From Candidatus Binataceae bacterium (GTDB lineage Bacteria; Desulfobacterota; Binatia; Binatales; Binataceae): a stretch of DNA of 64,000 bases. The position numbers and the translations under genes were made by a program. Of the stretch, positions 31,851-41,808 are shown in pieces. Location of the stretch: assembly GCA_024281015.1 (NCBI GenBank), contig JAMXLL010000174.1:1318-65317 (forward strand). The letters are read 5' to 3'. Under the pieces are notes generated by a model, which saw nothing but the letters and a program-made list of their open reading frames with translations, was not told the DNA's origin and did no database searches. Numbering within the stretch: the stretch's first letter is position 1; the number at the start of each line of letters is the position of its first letter.

Positions 31851-33224
31851 TTACGCGCCGTTGTCAGTCCGGTTTAGTCGAGCCAAGACCTGACTGCGTA
31901 GCGGTTCTTCCCATAACGCGGACAATGGGCGGGCCAGACCAAAGACCTCAACCAGGGTCTTGTGCGTTTCAATGTCTTCCGCGGTCAGTGCGTCCAGCGC
32001 AAGGAGATAGCGCAGAATTTCTGGCGGCACCGGCGGGCGCGTGCCGGTCGTTTGCGGATAGGCAAAATCGAAGTTTGCGGCGAGCATCCAGGGCGTACTA
32101 ACCACCTCCGCGGCCTTCGGGAAGAATGCCGCAGCTATCCCGTCCAGACCCTGCGGCGAGTTCACGCGCTCCGCCAGTATGGCGCCCAGTGCGCAGGCCT
32201 GCAGCGCCGCCGAACTCATTCCCTGGCCATAAACCGGATTGAAACTGCTAATCGCATCACCCAGCACAAGAAAGCCTTGCGGAAATGAAGTCAAGCGTTC
32301 GTACTGGCGCAGCACGCTGGTCGGAAAGCGGAAATGAGAAATCGGTTCGACGCGCTCGGCGTCCTTGATGATCTCGTATAGCCGGGGTGCCGGCAGCGCT
32401 TGGGCGAACGCCATGAAACCTGCTTCGTCCGCTGGTGGATAGTCGCGGAAACGTCCACCCAAACTTACCAGCCACAGGTCATTTTCGATCTGAGCCAAGG
32501 CGCCACCGCGCGTGTACTCGGGCGGCGGTCCGACGACAAATGAAAACGGCCCCAAATCGCCATTGTGATTCGGAATGTGGAACCTGGTGCTGGAATAAGC
32601 GAAGTCGACGCCGATGATGGTTTCCTCGGGCGCAGTGAATCCCATTTCGTCGAGCCAGCGGGGCGCGCGTGAGCCCCGTCCCCCACAATCAAGCACCAGT
32701 TCAGCCCGGATTGTATGCGGCTCACCACCGGATTTGTAACACACCCCTTCTACGCGGGTTTTGCTCACAATCAGGCGCTCTACCGGCGAATCACATTGGG
32801 CGCGGACGTTCGACAGCGTCAACGTACATTCGCGTAAGCAATGTTCCAGTAGCCCGCGGCTCTGACTATAGAGTTCAAGGCCGAGGTCGCGCGGTTCCCG
32901 AACTGCGCCGGTGAGCGAATATGCGACGCCATCGGGACGATAGACGGGAAAGTCCTTCGTTAATCGTAACGGCACCGCTCCCATTGCGCACAGTTTCGCG
33001 CAAAACCCCGGATAGAGCGCCGACAACACCTGCAATCCGCCTACTTGGATCGCATGGAGGTGATTCCCTTGCGGTGTGGACTTGTGCACCGCCGGCCGTG
33101 ACTCAATATGGTCGCGTTCGAGAATTGTGACCACGTCAAAATAGTCAGCCAACACCCGAGCACTGACCAATCCGGCAATGCTGCCGCCAATCACGACCGC
33201 ATGCTCGCCAAGCCGCTCCCCCAT
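31851..33224 (-). CDS. FAD-dependent oxidoreductase/monooxygenase
   Basis: N-terminal Rossmann VVIGGSIAGLVSARVL...ILERD and a later GDA.....P.YGQGM flavoprotein motif. Confidence 0.7.
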   Translation of the reverse strand: MGERLGEHAVVIGGSIAGLVSARVLADYFDVVTILERDHIESRPAVHKSTPQGNHLHAIQVGGLQVLSALYPGFCAKLCAMGAVPLRLTKDFPVYRPDGVAYSLTGAVREPRDLGLELYSQSRGLLEHCLRECTLTLSNVRAQCDSPVERLIVSKTRVEGVCYKSGGEPHTIRAELVLDCGGRGSRAPRWLDEMGFTAPEETIIGVDFAYSSTRFHIPNHNGDLGPFSFVVGPPPEYTRGGALAQIENDLWLVSLGGRFRDYPPADEAGFMAFAQALPAPRLYEIIKDAERVEPISHFRFPTSVLRQYERLTSFPQGFLVLGDAISSFNPVYGQGMSSAALQACALGAILAERVNSPQGLDGIAAAFFPKAAEVVSTPWMLAANFDFAYPQTTGTRPPVPPEILRYLLALDALTAEDIETHKTLVEVFGLARPLSALWEEPLRSQVLARLNRTDNGA

Positions 33225-33315
33225 AAGCTCCTCCTGGTCGCTGCGCTCTATCGCAACATGACTTATCTTCGCAACTGGGGCTTCGGGAGTACAGATGGGC
33301 AGGACCTGGCTTGAA

Positions 33316-34872
33316 TCAGTGGCGGAAATGCCGGGTGCCGGTAAAAACCATCGCCAAATCGTAATTATCGGCCGCTTCGATCACTTCGCCGTCGCGAGTC
33401 GAACCGCCGGGCTGCGCGATAGCTGTGGCACCGGCCTGTGCCGCCAGCGTCGGTCCGTCGGGGAAAGGGAAAAGCGCCTCGGACACGAGCACCGAACCCT
33501 TGAGCGAGAGGCCCAGGCGCGTCGCTTTCTCACGTGCAAAATAAACCGGGTCAATTCGCGAAGTAGCACCGCCGCCTATCGCCAGCGTGCGATCATCGGC
33601 CACAAAAGCAATCGCGTTTGACTTGATATGTTTGCAAACGCGGATGCCAAAATTCATTGCGCGCAGCTCCGCCTCGCTTGGCGCACGTCGCGTCACCACG
33701 CGCGCCTGATGCGCATCCTCGATGCTAAGGTCGGGCGTCTGCACAAGAAGTCCGCCGATGACCTTCTTTATATCCAGTTCAGTGCGATCGATCGCTTCCG
33801 GATGAAAGCGGATGACCCGGCGGTTCTTTTTCTTGCGCAGAAATCGCAACACGTCAGGCGGGAACTCCGGGCCGATCAAAACTTCAGTGAAGAGTTCATC
33901 CACCGCCCGCGCCAGTTCGAGGTCCCAAGGCTTGTTCGCGATTATAATCCCGCCGAACGGCGAATCAGGATCGGTTGCGAGAGCTTTAAACCAAGCCTCT
34001 TCCAAGGTGGATGCCACTCCTACCCCGCAAGGCGTGTTGTGTTTAAGGATTGCCACGATGGCTTCTTGATTATCACTGAATTCCAGCAGGAGGTTGATAG
34101 CCGAGCTGATGTCGAAAACGTTATTAAAGGAAAGTTCGCGTCCGTGCAGTTGCTCGGCGGCCCGCAGAAAATCCCCATAAAGTGCACCGGTCTGGTGGGG
34201 GTTTTCACCATAGCGCAGTATCTGCGCGCGCTTTAGCGTAGCGCTGAAGCTTTCGCCGAGCGGCGCCGAGGGTTCGTCGACAGCACCAAGCCAGTTGGAA
34301 ATCGCACTGTCGTAGGCAGTTACGCGAGCGAAAGCCTTGCGCATCAGACGCCATCTGGTGGCCCCCGATAACGTGCCATCACCATCCTCGAGTTCGCGAA
34401 TTATCGCAGGATAATCCTCCGGGTCGACTACAACGGCAACGCTTACGTAGTTTTTAGCTGCGGCTCGTACCAGTGCGGGACCTCCAATATCGATATTTTC
34501 GATGGCCTCCGGCAGCGAGACGGAGCCAGCGATCGCGCGTTCAAAGGGATAAAAGTTGACGACGACAAGATCGATAGGAGCAAGCCTGTGTTCATCCATC
34601 TGACGCCGGTCGCCCGCATCTTCGCGTCGCGCGAGAATCCCGCCGTGAACCCTTGGATGCAGTGTCTTTACCCGTCCCCCGAGGATCTCCGGAAAGCCGG
34701 TGAATTGCTCTACCGCAATAACCGGTATCGAGGCAGCCTCGAGCGCGCTTCGGGTGCCTCCTGTCGAGATTATCTCGACGCCGCAGCGCACAAGCGCCCG
34801 GCCAAGTTCAACGATGGCGGTCTTGTCGGAGACACCTACCAGGGCTCGGGCGATTTTGATCTTATCGGTCAT
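33316..34872 (-). CDS. purH: Bifunctional AICAR transformylase / IMP cyclohydrolase
   Basis: N-terminal ALVGVSDKT...LISTGGT, KTLHPRVHGGIL, C-terminal GTRHFRH. Confidence 0.95.
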   Translation of the reverse strand: MTDKIKIARALVGVSDKTAIVELGRALVRCGVEIISTGGTRSALEAASIPVIAVEQFTGFPEILGGRVKTLHPRVHGGILARREDAGDRRQMDEHRLAPIDLVVVNFYPFERAIAGSVSLPEAIENIDIGGPALVRAAAKNYVSVAVVVDPEDYPAIIRELEDGDGTLSGATRWRLMRKAFARVTAYDSAISNWLGAVDEPSAPLGESFSATLKRAQILRYGENPHQTGALYGDFLRAAEQLHGRELSFNNVFDISSAINLLLEFSDNQEAIVAILKHNTPCGVGVASTLEEAWFKALATDPDSPFGGIIIANKPWDLELARAVDELFTEVLIGPEFPPDVLRFLRKKKNRRVIRFHPEAIDRTELDIKKVIGGLLVQTPDLSIEDAHQARVVTRRAPSEAELRAMNFGIRVCKHIKSNAIAFVADDRTLAIGGGATSRIDPVYFAREKATRLGLSLKGSVLVSEALFPFPDGPTLAAQAGATAIAQPGGSTRDGEVIEAADNYDLAMVFTGTRHFRH

Positions 34873-34979
34873 TGAAATGTTTTCTCGGCGAGAGAGATTC
34901 TCAGACCGGTCCAGCCAGACCGAGGCCCAGCGACTGCTCAGCGTGCACCCACAGTCCAGCCATCACTTATCGAAGTTGG

Positions 34980-36122
34980 CTATCTGAGGTAAACCCGTGG
35001 TACGCGGCCGCCAACCGTGCAAAGCATCTCGTATGAGATAGTTTGCGCCAGACGCGCCACATCGTTGACGCTAATCATGGCTTCGCCAGCCCCACCCCAT
35101 AAGATTGCTTCATCACCGATCCGTGCGCCGGGCACCTCGGTCAGGTCGACCATAGTTAAATCCATGCAGATTGCGCCAACTACCGGAGCGCGGCGCCCTC
35201 GAACCATCACTTCGCCGCCCATCTGAAGCCCGCGCCGATACCCATCAGCATAGCCCACCGGCAGCACACCAATAGTGCTTGAGCGGGAGGTGATAAAGGT
35301 ATGGCCATAACTTACCCCGCATCCGGCTGGCACCCGCTTGAGTTGTATCAGCCGCGTCTTGAAAGTCATCACCGGCCGCAGGTCGACGTGCTCCCGCACC
35401 GCATGCACGGGCGGCAGTCCGTAAAGTGCCAGCCCCGGACGCATCAGTTCGAAATGAGCGTCCGCGCGCAACACCATCGCCGCCGAATTGGCCACGTGAT
35501 TCAGCGTCAGCTCGAAGCCCGCGCCATGCAAGGTCTCGAGCGCCTGCCGGAAAACGGACAATTGCTGTTCAGTCACCGGGCTGGCTGGATCCCCGGCATT
35601 TGCCAGAAGAGTGAATACGCCCTCAAGCTTCAGAGAGCGAGCCCGGCGTAGCGAGTCCACTGCGGCGTCTAACTCGGTTGGTAAGATGCCAAGTCGGGTG
35701 GCGCCCGTATCGAGTTTGAGATGAACCGGAAAATCGCGCCGGCCCAGCCGTTCAGCCGCCCGGTCGAGTAACTCAATCACGGACACGTCGAAAAGCGGAG
35801 CAATGACGTTAAGCTCGACGATCCGCTCCGATTGTTCCGAGAAGAAGCCACCCAACAGATAGAGCCGCTCACTGATTCCGGCAGCCCGCAGTTCCGCGGC
35901 TTCTTCGACGGTAGCGATTGCAAAATGTCTGCAGCCCTCGTCGCGCAGGGTGCGCGCCACCTCCACCGCGCCATGGCCATAAGCGTCTGCCTTTACCACC
36001 GCCATCACCTTGGCTCCATTGGCGAAGGCGTTAAGCGCCAGGTAATTGGCGCGTAAAGCCCGCAAATCGATCTCGGCCACCGTGGGCCGGCCCGATCTAT
36101 CGCCCTGCTCAGCCGCCCTCAT
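34980..36122 (-). CDS. alr: Alanine racemase
   Basis: PLP-lysine motif AVVKADAYGHGA. 380 aa with typical C-terminal PRVY. Confidence 0.9.
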   Translation of the reverse strand: MRAAEQGDRSGRPTVAEIDLRALRANYLALNAFANGAKVMAVVKADAYGHGAVEVARTLRDEGCRHFAIATVEEAAELRAAGISERLYLLGGFFSEQSERIVELNVIAPLFDVSVIELLDRAAERLGRRDFPVHLKLDTGATRLGILPTELDAAVDSLRRARSLKLEGVFTLLANAGDPASPVTEQQLSVFRQALETLHGAGFELTLNHVANSAAMVLRADAHFELMRPGLALYGLPPVHAVREHVDLRPVMTFKTRLIQLKRVPAGCGVSYGHTFITSRSSTIGVLPVGYADGYRRGLQMGGEVMVRGRRAPVVGAICMDLTMVDLTEVPGARIGDEAILWGGAGEAMISVNDVARLAQTISYEMLCTVGGRVPRVYLR

Positions 36123-36481
36123 CCGCTACCCCCTCTCCGAAGCTGCCGGCACTTTTTGCGTTCCTGAATCATCATCCGATGGCGCTAAGGAGCGCGCAAT
36201 CTTGTTGGCCATTCAATCCGACGTTCGTCCACAGGCGTTTTTCGCAAGGTACCATCAATCAGCGACGCAGACAGCGCCACCCCCGAGAAACTGATGGACT
36301 TTACCGAGTTCGGCGACGGGTTTCGCAAATGTAAACGGGTTTGTCGGCCTTTTATCAGCCTGCCGCCAGTTTTCCCTTTCTCCTAATCTTCATCCGATCG
36401 TGATACCGCGTGCAATTCGCAGCCGAGCTTCGAACCGGGGTTTCGAAAGGCGAAGCTGAACGTGGGCAAGAACTCGCATTT

Positions 36482-36510
36482 TTGACAGTCTCGGAACGAC
36501 GGTGATATAA
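36482..36510 (+). promoter_or_regulatory. Sigma-70-type promoter for the thi leader (TTGACA-17 nt-ATATAA)
   Basis: -35 TTGACA at 36482-36487, 17-nt spacer, -10 ATATAA at 36505-36510. The riboswitch P1 begins about 10 nt downstream. Confidence 0.5.
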
Positions 36511-36518
36511 ATGAAACT

Positions 36519-36605
36519 GGCTGGGGGTGTGCGTAGAGCACTGAGAACTCGCAAGAGGACCCCTCGAACCTGATCCGGGTAATGCCGGCGTAGGGAAGCC
36601 CAGGC
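36519..36605 (+). ncRNA. TPP (THI-box) riboswitch aptamer
   Basis: GGGGTGTGCGTAGAGCACTGAGA...ACCCCTCGAACCTGATCCGGGTAATGCCGGCGTAGGGAAGCCCAG contains the conserved CUGAGA and ACCUGAUCCGG.UAAUGCCGGCG..GGGAA blocks. CTGGG/CCCAG closes P1. It lies upstream of thiS-thiG-thiE. Confidence 0.9.
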
Positions 36606-36634
36606 ACGCCGCACTCAAGATCGTCTCGCGGACG

Positions 36635-36669
36635 AAGCCGCTTCCCGTGCATTATAGGGCGGCTTTTTT
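36635..36669 (+). terminator. Putative riboswitch expression-platform terminator (AAGCCGC...GCGGCTT + T6)
   Basis: 7-bp stem at 36635-36641 / 36659-36665 followed by TTTTTT, ending 1 nt before the thiS ATG. Confidence 0.45.
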
Positions 36670-36670
36670 G

Positions 36671-36895
36671 ATGGCGAACGACTCCAACCAGTCTTTTTCT
36701 ATTCAACTGAATGGTGAGCCGTATTTAATCGGCAACGACGCACGGTTGGTCAAACTGGTTGAAAGGCTCAATCTACGGCGCGGCCGGGTTGCGATTGAGC
36801 TCAACAAGTCTGTAATTCCGAAAGCCGAATGGGCTGGTGTGCGGCTTAAGCCGGGTGACCAGATCGAAATCGTCAATTTCGTGGGGGGTGGCTGA
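36671..36895 (+). CDS. thiS: Sulfur-carrier protein ThiS
   Basis: 74 aa ending in the diagnostic GG (EIVNFVGGG*). Has I.LNGE near the N-terminus and sits downstream of the TPP riboswitch. Confidence 0.85.
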   Translation: MANDSNQSFSIQLNGEPYLIGNDARLVKLVERLNLRRGRVAIELNKSVIPKAEWAGVRLKPGDQIEIVNFVGGG

Positions 36896-37087
36896 TAGAG
36901 GCCGTCGCGTATGACGGATGCCAAGCCAACCATTCAGGCGCAGCCGCACGAGGCCCAGCCATTCTTCAAGAACGTTATCGGTCCCGCCGCTCGCTGGCCT
37001 TACCGAGGTCAAAGCAACCGGAGAGACCGGATGTAGGCGACAGCTATAGCATTGAAGTCAATCGGGCCACCCGCCCTGGAGAGCACA

Positions 37088-37867
37088 ATGGTTAAAGATC
37101 AACCTTTTTTTCTTGCGGGCCGTTCGTTCAATTCCCGCCTGATTATCGGCACCGGCAAGTATCGTGACTTTGCCGAAACCAAGGCTGCGCTTGAGGAGAG
37201 CGGAGCGGAAATCGTGACCGTCGCAGTCAGACGAGTGAATATCACCGACACGAATAAAGAGAATCTGCTCGACTATATCGATCCCCGGCGCTATCAGATC
37301 CTGCCGAATACCGCCGGTTGTTACACGGTCGAGGAGGCGGTCCGTACCTGTCGTCTGGCACGCGAAGCCGGCGTCGGTGACATGGTTAAGCTGGAAGTAA
37401 TTGGTGACCAGGCGACGCTATTTCCCGACGTCCCCGCGACGATTGAAGCGGCTAAGATCCTGGTCAAGGAAGGCTTCAAGGTTTTGCCCTATATCACCGA
37501 CGACCCGGTTACGTGTCTGAAATTGGCCGAAATCGGTTGTGCCGCAGTAATGCCATTAGCAGCGCCAATTGGCTCAGGAATGGGCATCCGCAACCCTTAC
37601 AACCTCAGGATAATCCTCGAACAGGCGCGCGTGCCAGTGATTGTCGATGCCGGAGTCGGCACGGCTTCGGACGCATCTGAGGCGATGGAGCTTGGCTGCG
37701 ATGGCTTGCTAATTAATTCCGCGATTGCAGGCGCTAAGGATCCGCTCGCGATGGCACGGGCCATGAGGTTTGCGGTCGAGGCTGGGCGGCTTGCTTATCT
37801 GGCCGGCCGCATCGAGACGAAGCTCTATGCGACCGCATCGAGCCCGGTCAGCGGTCTAATCCGCTAA
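37088..37867 (+). CDS. thiG: Thiazole synthase
   Basis: [12 protein letters not shown], Schiff-base lysine context [21 protein letters not shown]. Confidence 0.95.
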   Translation: MVKDQPFFLAGRSFNSRLIIGTGKYRDFAETKAALEESGAEIVTVAVRRVNITDTNKENLLDYIDPRRYQILPNTAGCYTVEEAVRTCRLAREAGVGDMVKLEVIGDQATLFPDVPATIEAAKILVKEGFKVLPYITDDPVTCLKLAEIGCAAVMPLAAPIGSGMGIRNPYNLRIILEQARVPVIVDAGVGTASDASEAMELGCDGLLINSAIAGAKDPLAMARAMRFAVEAGRLAYLAGRIETKLYATASSPVSGLIR

Positions 37868-37874
37868 ACGGTGC

Positions 37875-38555
37875 ATGTCCGCCGTTCAATCGCCCCTTCG
37901 GTTTCGGCTATACCTAATCAGCGACCGCCGTCTGGCGGGATCGAGCGGAGGCTTACTCGCTGCGATCGAAACGGCGCTCGCCGGCGCCGCCGAAGTCGAA
38001 CCGCCCGGCAGTGTCGCGGTTCAATTACGCGAGAAGGATCTCGAGGCTCGCGCCCTTTACGAACTGGCGGGAAGCCTGCGCTCAATCTGCAGCCGTTTCC
38101 GATCGCCCTTCATTCTGAATGATCGGGTCGACGTCGCGATTGCCGCCCATGCCGACGGCGTGCATCTCGCGTCCACTTCTTTCACCGTAGCCGACGCACG
38201 TGCGTTGCTCGGTCGGTCAGGAATTATTGGAGTGTCGGCCCATGGTGCCGACGAAGTCACGAAGGCGTCCGACGATGGGGCGGATTTCGCCGTTTTCGGA
38301 CCAGTCTACGACCCTACCTCTAAGGCCGCCTATGGACCCGCCAAGGGTCTCGCTGCGCTTTCGGATGCGGTGAAAGCCGCACAAGGAATGCCGCTTTACG
38401 CTCTTGGAGGGATCAACCCGTCCCGCACCGCCGAAATTGCGGCCCTGCCTTCCAACTCGCGGCCGTCGGGCATAGCCGTCATAGGTGCGGTGTTGGGTTC
38501 AACCGCGCCGGGGGCGGCAGTGCGCGATTTACTGCATTCCTTCAAAACTCTATGA
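37875..38555 (+). CDS. thiE: Thiamine-phosphate synthase
   Basis: LYLISD, VQLREKD, FILNDRVD.A....ADGVHL, and GG near the C-terminus. Follows thiG by 7 nt. Confidence 0.85.
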   Translation: MSAVQSPLRFRLYLISDRRLAGSSGGLLAAIETALAGAAEVEPPGSVAVQLREKDLEARALYELAGSLRSICSRFRSPFILNDRVDVAIAAHADGVHLASTSFTVADARALLGRSGIIGVSAHGADEVTKASDDGADFAVFGPVYDPTSKAAYGPAKGLAALSDAVKAAQGMPLYALGGINPSRTAEIAALPSNSRPSGIAVIGAVLGSTAPGAAVRDLLHSFKTL

Positions 38556-38675
38556 CTTCCATGCAACATCAAACCGCGGCGTTCTCGCTGGGTTAATCGC
38601 AGATCGTTTCATTTCGACTCGGCTCGAGCCCTTGGCGGGTTCGAGCGGCCCCCTGGCCCTTTGTCTTCCTGCAGC

Positions 38676-39881
38676 TCATGCTGCGCGCGTGTAGCTGTTG
38701 TCGGCCGCCACCAGGGCGGCGCCGCGAGCGATTTCCATCCCTTGTGCTGCCAAAACTGTCTCGAGGGCATTGAGCGCCAACATTACGTTTTCACGCCGCG
38801 AAGACTCGCCCATCAGACCGATGCGCCAGACTTTGCCTTTAAAAATGCCCAGCCCGGCGCCGATTTCGAGGTTGAACATCCTCAATAAGTCTGCACGCAC
38901 TTTGGCATCGTCAATTCCGTCCGGCACCTGCACGGCAGTGAGCTGCGGCAGACGGTATCCCGGTTGCGCCGCCAGTGCGAGCCCCATGGCCTGGATACCA
39001 GCCTGCAATGCTGCTGCGTTAGCGGCATGGCGCTTGAAGCGCGCCTCGAGACCCTCTTCGACGACAATTCGAAGCGCCTCGTAGATCGCATAATTCATCG
39101 AGATCGGCGCAGTATGATGATAGAGGCGATCGGGTCCCCAATAGCGTTCGATCATTGCGACATCGAAATACCATGAGCGGCATTTCTGCTTGCGCGCGCG
39201 CACGGTTTCCATCGCACGTTCGCTAAACGTGACAGGCGCGAGTCCTGGCGGAGCGCCGATCCCCTTTTGCGTGCAGCTATAGCAGGCGTCAATCTGCCAG
39301 CGGTCAATCTCAACCGGCACGCATCCGAGTGAGGTCACTGCATCCAGCACCAGCAGCGCACCGTAGCGATGAGCCAGCTCGCCGAGTTCCTCGACCGGCT
39401 GGTAAACACCCGTTGACGTCTCCGCATGCACGACGGCAACCAGCTTTGGATGGGAGGCGGCCCGCAGGGCGGATTCGAGCCGCTCGGTCTCGACGATCTG
39501 GCCCCATGGTGCTTCCACTCGATGGACCTTAGCTCCGAGCCGGCCGGCAGCGTCGGCCAGACGTTCGCCAAATGCCCCGTTGACCCCGACCACAACTTCA
39601 TCACCATCTTCGATGAGATTGGCCAACGCCGTTTCCATTCCTGCCGATCCGGTCCCGGAAACGGGAAAGGTAATCTCATTACTCGTTTGAAAAACCATGC
39701 GGAGCAGCTTTTTTATGTCCTCCATGACCGAGACGAAGTCGGGATCCAGATGCCCCACTACCGGCGAGAGCATCGCCTTCATTACTCGCGGATGCACATT
39801 GGAAGGCCCGGGGCCGAGCAGCACGCGTGCCGATGGTTGCAATTCGGGAAACGACGCCACTGATTTCCTCTCCTCAAGCAT
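38676..39881 (-). CDS. Class-V aminotransferase (serine-pyruvate / alanine-glyoxylate type)
   Basis: LLGPGPSNVHPRV, DAVTSLG, PLP-lysine context SCTQKGIGAPPG. Confidence 0.85.
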   Translation of the reverse strand: MLEERKSVASFPELQPSARVLLGPGPSNVHPRVMKAMLSPVVGHLDPDFVSVMEDIKKLLRMVFQTSNEITFPVSGTGSAGMETALANLIEDGDEVVVGVNGAFGERLADAAGRLGAKVHRVEAPWGQIVETERLESALRAASHPKLVAVVHAETSTGVYQPVEELGELAHRYGALLVLDAVTSLGCVPVEIDRWQIDACYSCTQKGIGAPPGLAPVTFSERAMETVRARKQKCRSWYFDVAMIERYWGPDRLYHHTAPISMNYAIYEALRIVVEEGLEARFKRHAANAAALQAGIQAMGLALAAQPGYRLPQLTAVQVPDGIDDAKVRADLLRMFNLEIGAGLGIFKGKVWRIGLMGESSRRENVMLALNALETVLAAQGMEIARGAALVAADNSYTRAA

Positions 39882-39987
39882 TGGCGCACACCGTCATTCC
39901 AACGGTAGTCCGCTTGCTATTAATAACCCGCAACCCTGCGCGCGGGAAAGCAGTCGCAGCCATGCCATCGTGGTAAAGTGGCGCTCG

Positions 39988-41436
39988 ATGGCAGCTAACT
40001 CTCACCCACCGGCAGATGCGAGGTTGATAACCGAATTGCGACAGATCGTCGGCGCGGAGGCCGTGACGTCGCGGCCAACCGAACTGAAGGTCTACGAATG
40101 CGATGGCTGGACAATAGAAAAAACCGCGCCTGACCTGCTGGTGCGTCCACGGACGACCGCTGAGGTAAGCGCGGTGCTGAAGTTGCTCAATCGCCGTAAG
40201 ATCGCCTTTGTGCCACGTGGCGCCGGTACCGGTTTGTCCGGCGGTTGCCTGCCCGTCAACGCGCCGGTGATGATTTGCACATCTCGGATGAACCGAGTAC
40301 TCGCTATCGACCTTGCGAACCGGCGGATCGAGGTCGAAAGCGGAGTGGTTAATTTGCATGTGACTAACGCGGTTAAGGCACAGGGATACTTCTACGCACC
40401 CGATCCCTCCTCACAGGCCGCCTGCACTATCGGCGGTAATATTGCCGAAAACTCGGGCGGGCCGCATACGCTAAAGTATGGTGTAACCACCAATCATGTG
40501 CTTGCAGTCGAGCTGGTGCTGCCCGACGGTGAAGTGGTCGAACTCGGAAGTTCGGTCGATGAACCCTGCGGCTACGACCTCGTCGGCGCACTGGTCGGCG
40601 CCGAAGGCACGGCGGGAATTGTGACGAGAGCGACTCTCCGCCTGATGCGCGAACCCGAGGCCCATCGAACACTGTTGGCAGTCTTCGGCGACGTTGAGGA
40701 TGCAACGCGCGCGGTGTCAGCGATAATTGCAGCCGGAATTATTCCCGGCGCAATGGAAATGATGGATCAGATGATTATTCGTGCAGTGGAGGCGGCTTTT
40801 CACGCTGGATTGCCTGAAGATGCGGGCGCCGTGCTGATCGTCGAGCTCGACGGCATCTCTGTAGCCATGGATGAACAGGCACAGCGGCTAAGCGAACTCC
40901 TCCTCGAAGCAGGCGCACGTACGATCCGGCTGGCGCGCGATGAAAATGAACGGGCGGTGTTGTGGAAGGCTCGCAAGCGAGCCTTCGGGGCGGTCGGCCG
41001 GTTGGCGCCCAATTACGCGACTCAGGACGGCGTAGTGCCGCGCACCAGGCTACCCGATATTTTGCGTGAAATCGTCGCCATTAGCCGCCGCTACCAGCTG
41101 CGAATCGGCAATGTATTTCATGCCGGGGACGGTAACATTCATCCAATCGTGTTGTATGACGAGCGCGATCCCGGTGAAGTGCGCAGGGCGATTGACGCCG
41201 GCCGGGATATTCTCAGGGCATGCGTCGAGATGGGCGGCAGCCTGACCGGTGAGCATGGCATCGGTGTCGAGAAGATGGCAGAGATGCCCCTGGTTTTTTC
41301 GCCAGATGACCTGATGGTAATGGCTGAACTGCGGCGCGTCTTCGATCCCGAGGAGCGCTCCAATCCAAACAAGGTGATTCCCACTCCGGGGGCTTGCGTC
41401 GAGGTCGCCGCCCCGCGCCGCCAGGCTCCACTATGA
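39988..41436 (+). CDS. glcD: FAD-linked oxidase, glycolate-oxidase GlcD / D-lactate dehydrogenase family
   Basis: FAD_binding_4 motif FVPRGAGTGLSGG, C-terminal FHAGDGNIHP and GEHGIG. ATG 39988 was chosen because the upstream part of ORF 39697-41436 is antisense to the aminotransferase. Confidence 0.8.
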   Translation: MAANSHPPADARLITELRQIVGAEAVTSRPTELKVYECDGWTIEKTAPDLLVRPRTTAEVSAVLKLLNRRKIAFVPRGAGTGLSGGCLPVNAPVMICTSRMNRVLAIDLANRRIEVESGVVNLHVTNAVKAQGYFYAPDPSSQAACTIGGNIAENSGGPHTLKYGVTTNHVLAVELVLPDGEVVELGSSVDEPCGYDLVGALVGAEGTAGIVTRATLRLMREPEAHRTLLAVFGDVEDATRAVSAIIAAGIIPGAMEMMDQMIIRAVEAAFHAGLPEDAGAVLIVELDGISVAMDEQAQRLSELLLEAGARTIRLARDENERAVLWKARKRAFGAVGRLAPNYATQDGVVPRTRLPDILREIVAISRRYQLRIGNVFHAGDGNIHPIVLYDERDPGEVRRAIDAGRDILRACVEMGGSLTGEHGIGVEKMAEMPLVFSPDDLMVMAELRRVFDPEERSNPNKVIPTPGACVEVAAPRRQAPL

Positions 41437-41808
41437 GCAATGACATGTTACTCACCGCTTCTTACGCGCCATACGCGGCACAAAAATGGGTGCGGCTGTG
41501 CATACTCCGATTTACGCCGATTGCCTCAACGCGAACACGGTGATTATTTGAATCTCGGTTCGGGCTGATTTTGCCACAAGCGATTGCAGCAGCCGAAGTT
41601 CAGGAGAAGTGGGGTGGCGGAGTGCTCCAGATGGGCTATCGTGGGACGAGCGGCGGCTATGCCCAAGCTACGGCATAACGGCGAGCCCGGCCGTTCGCGC
41701 GAGCAGGTCAGTTTGCTCAGTGATCCGGCACCCACTCCCCTTCTATCGATTCATGATCCACGGCGGTTGATGGCCTATTTCGTTATTGCGCCAGAGCCGG
41801 GGTGAGGA

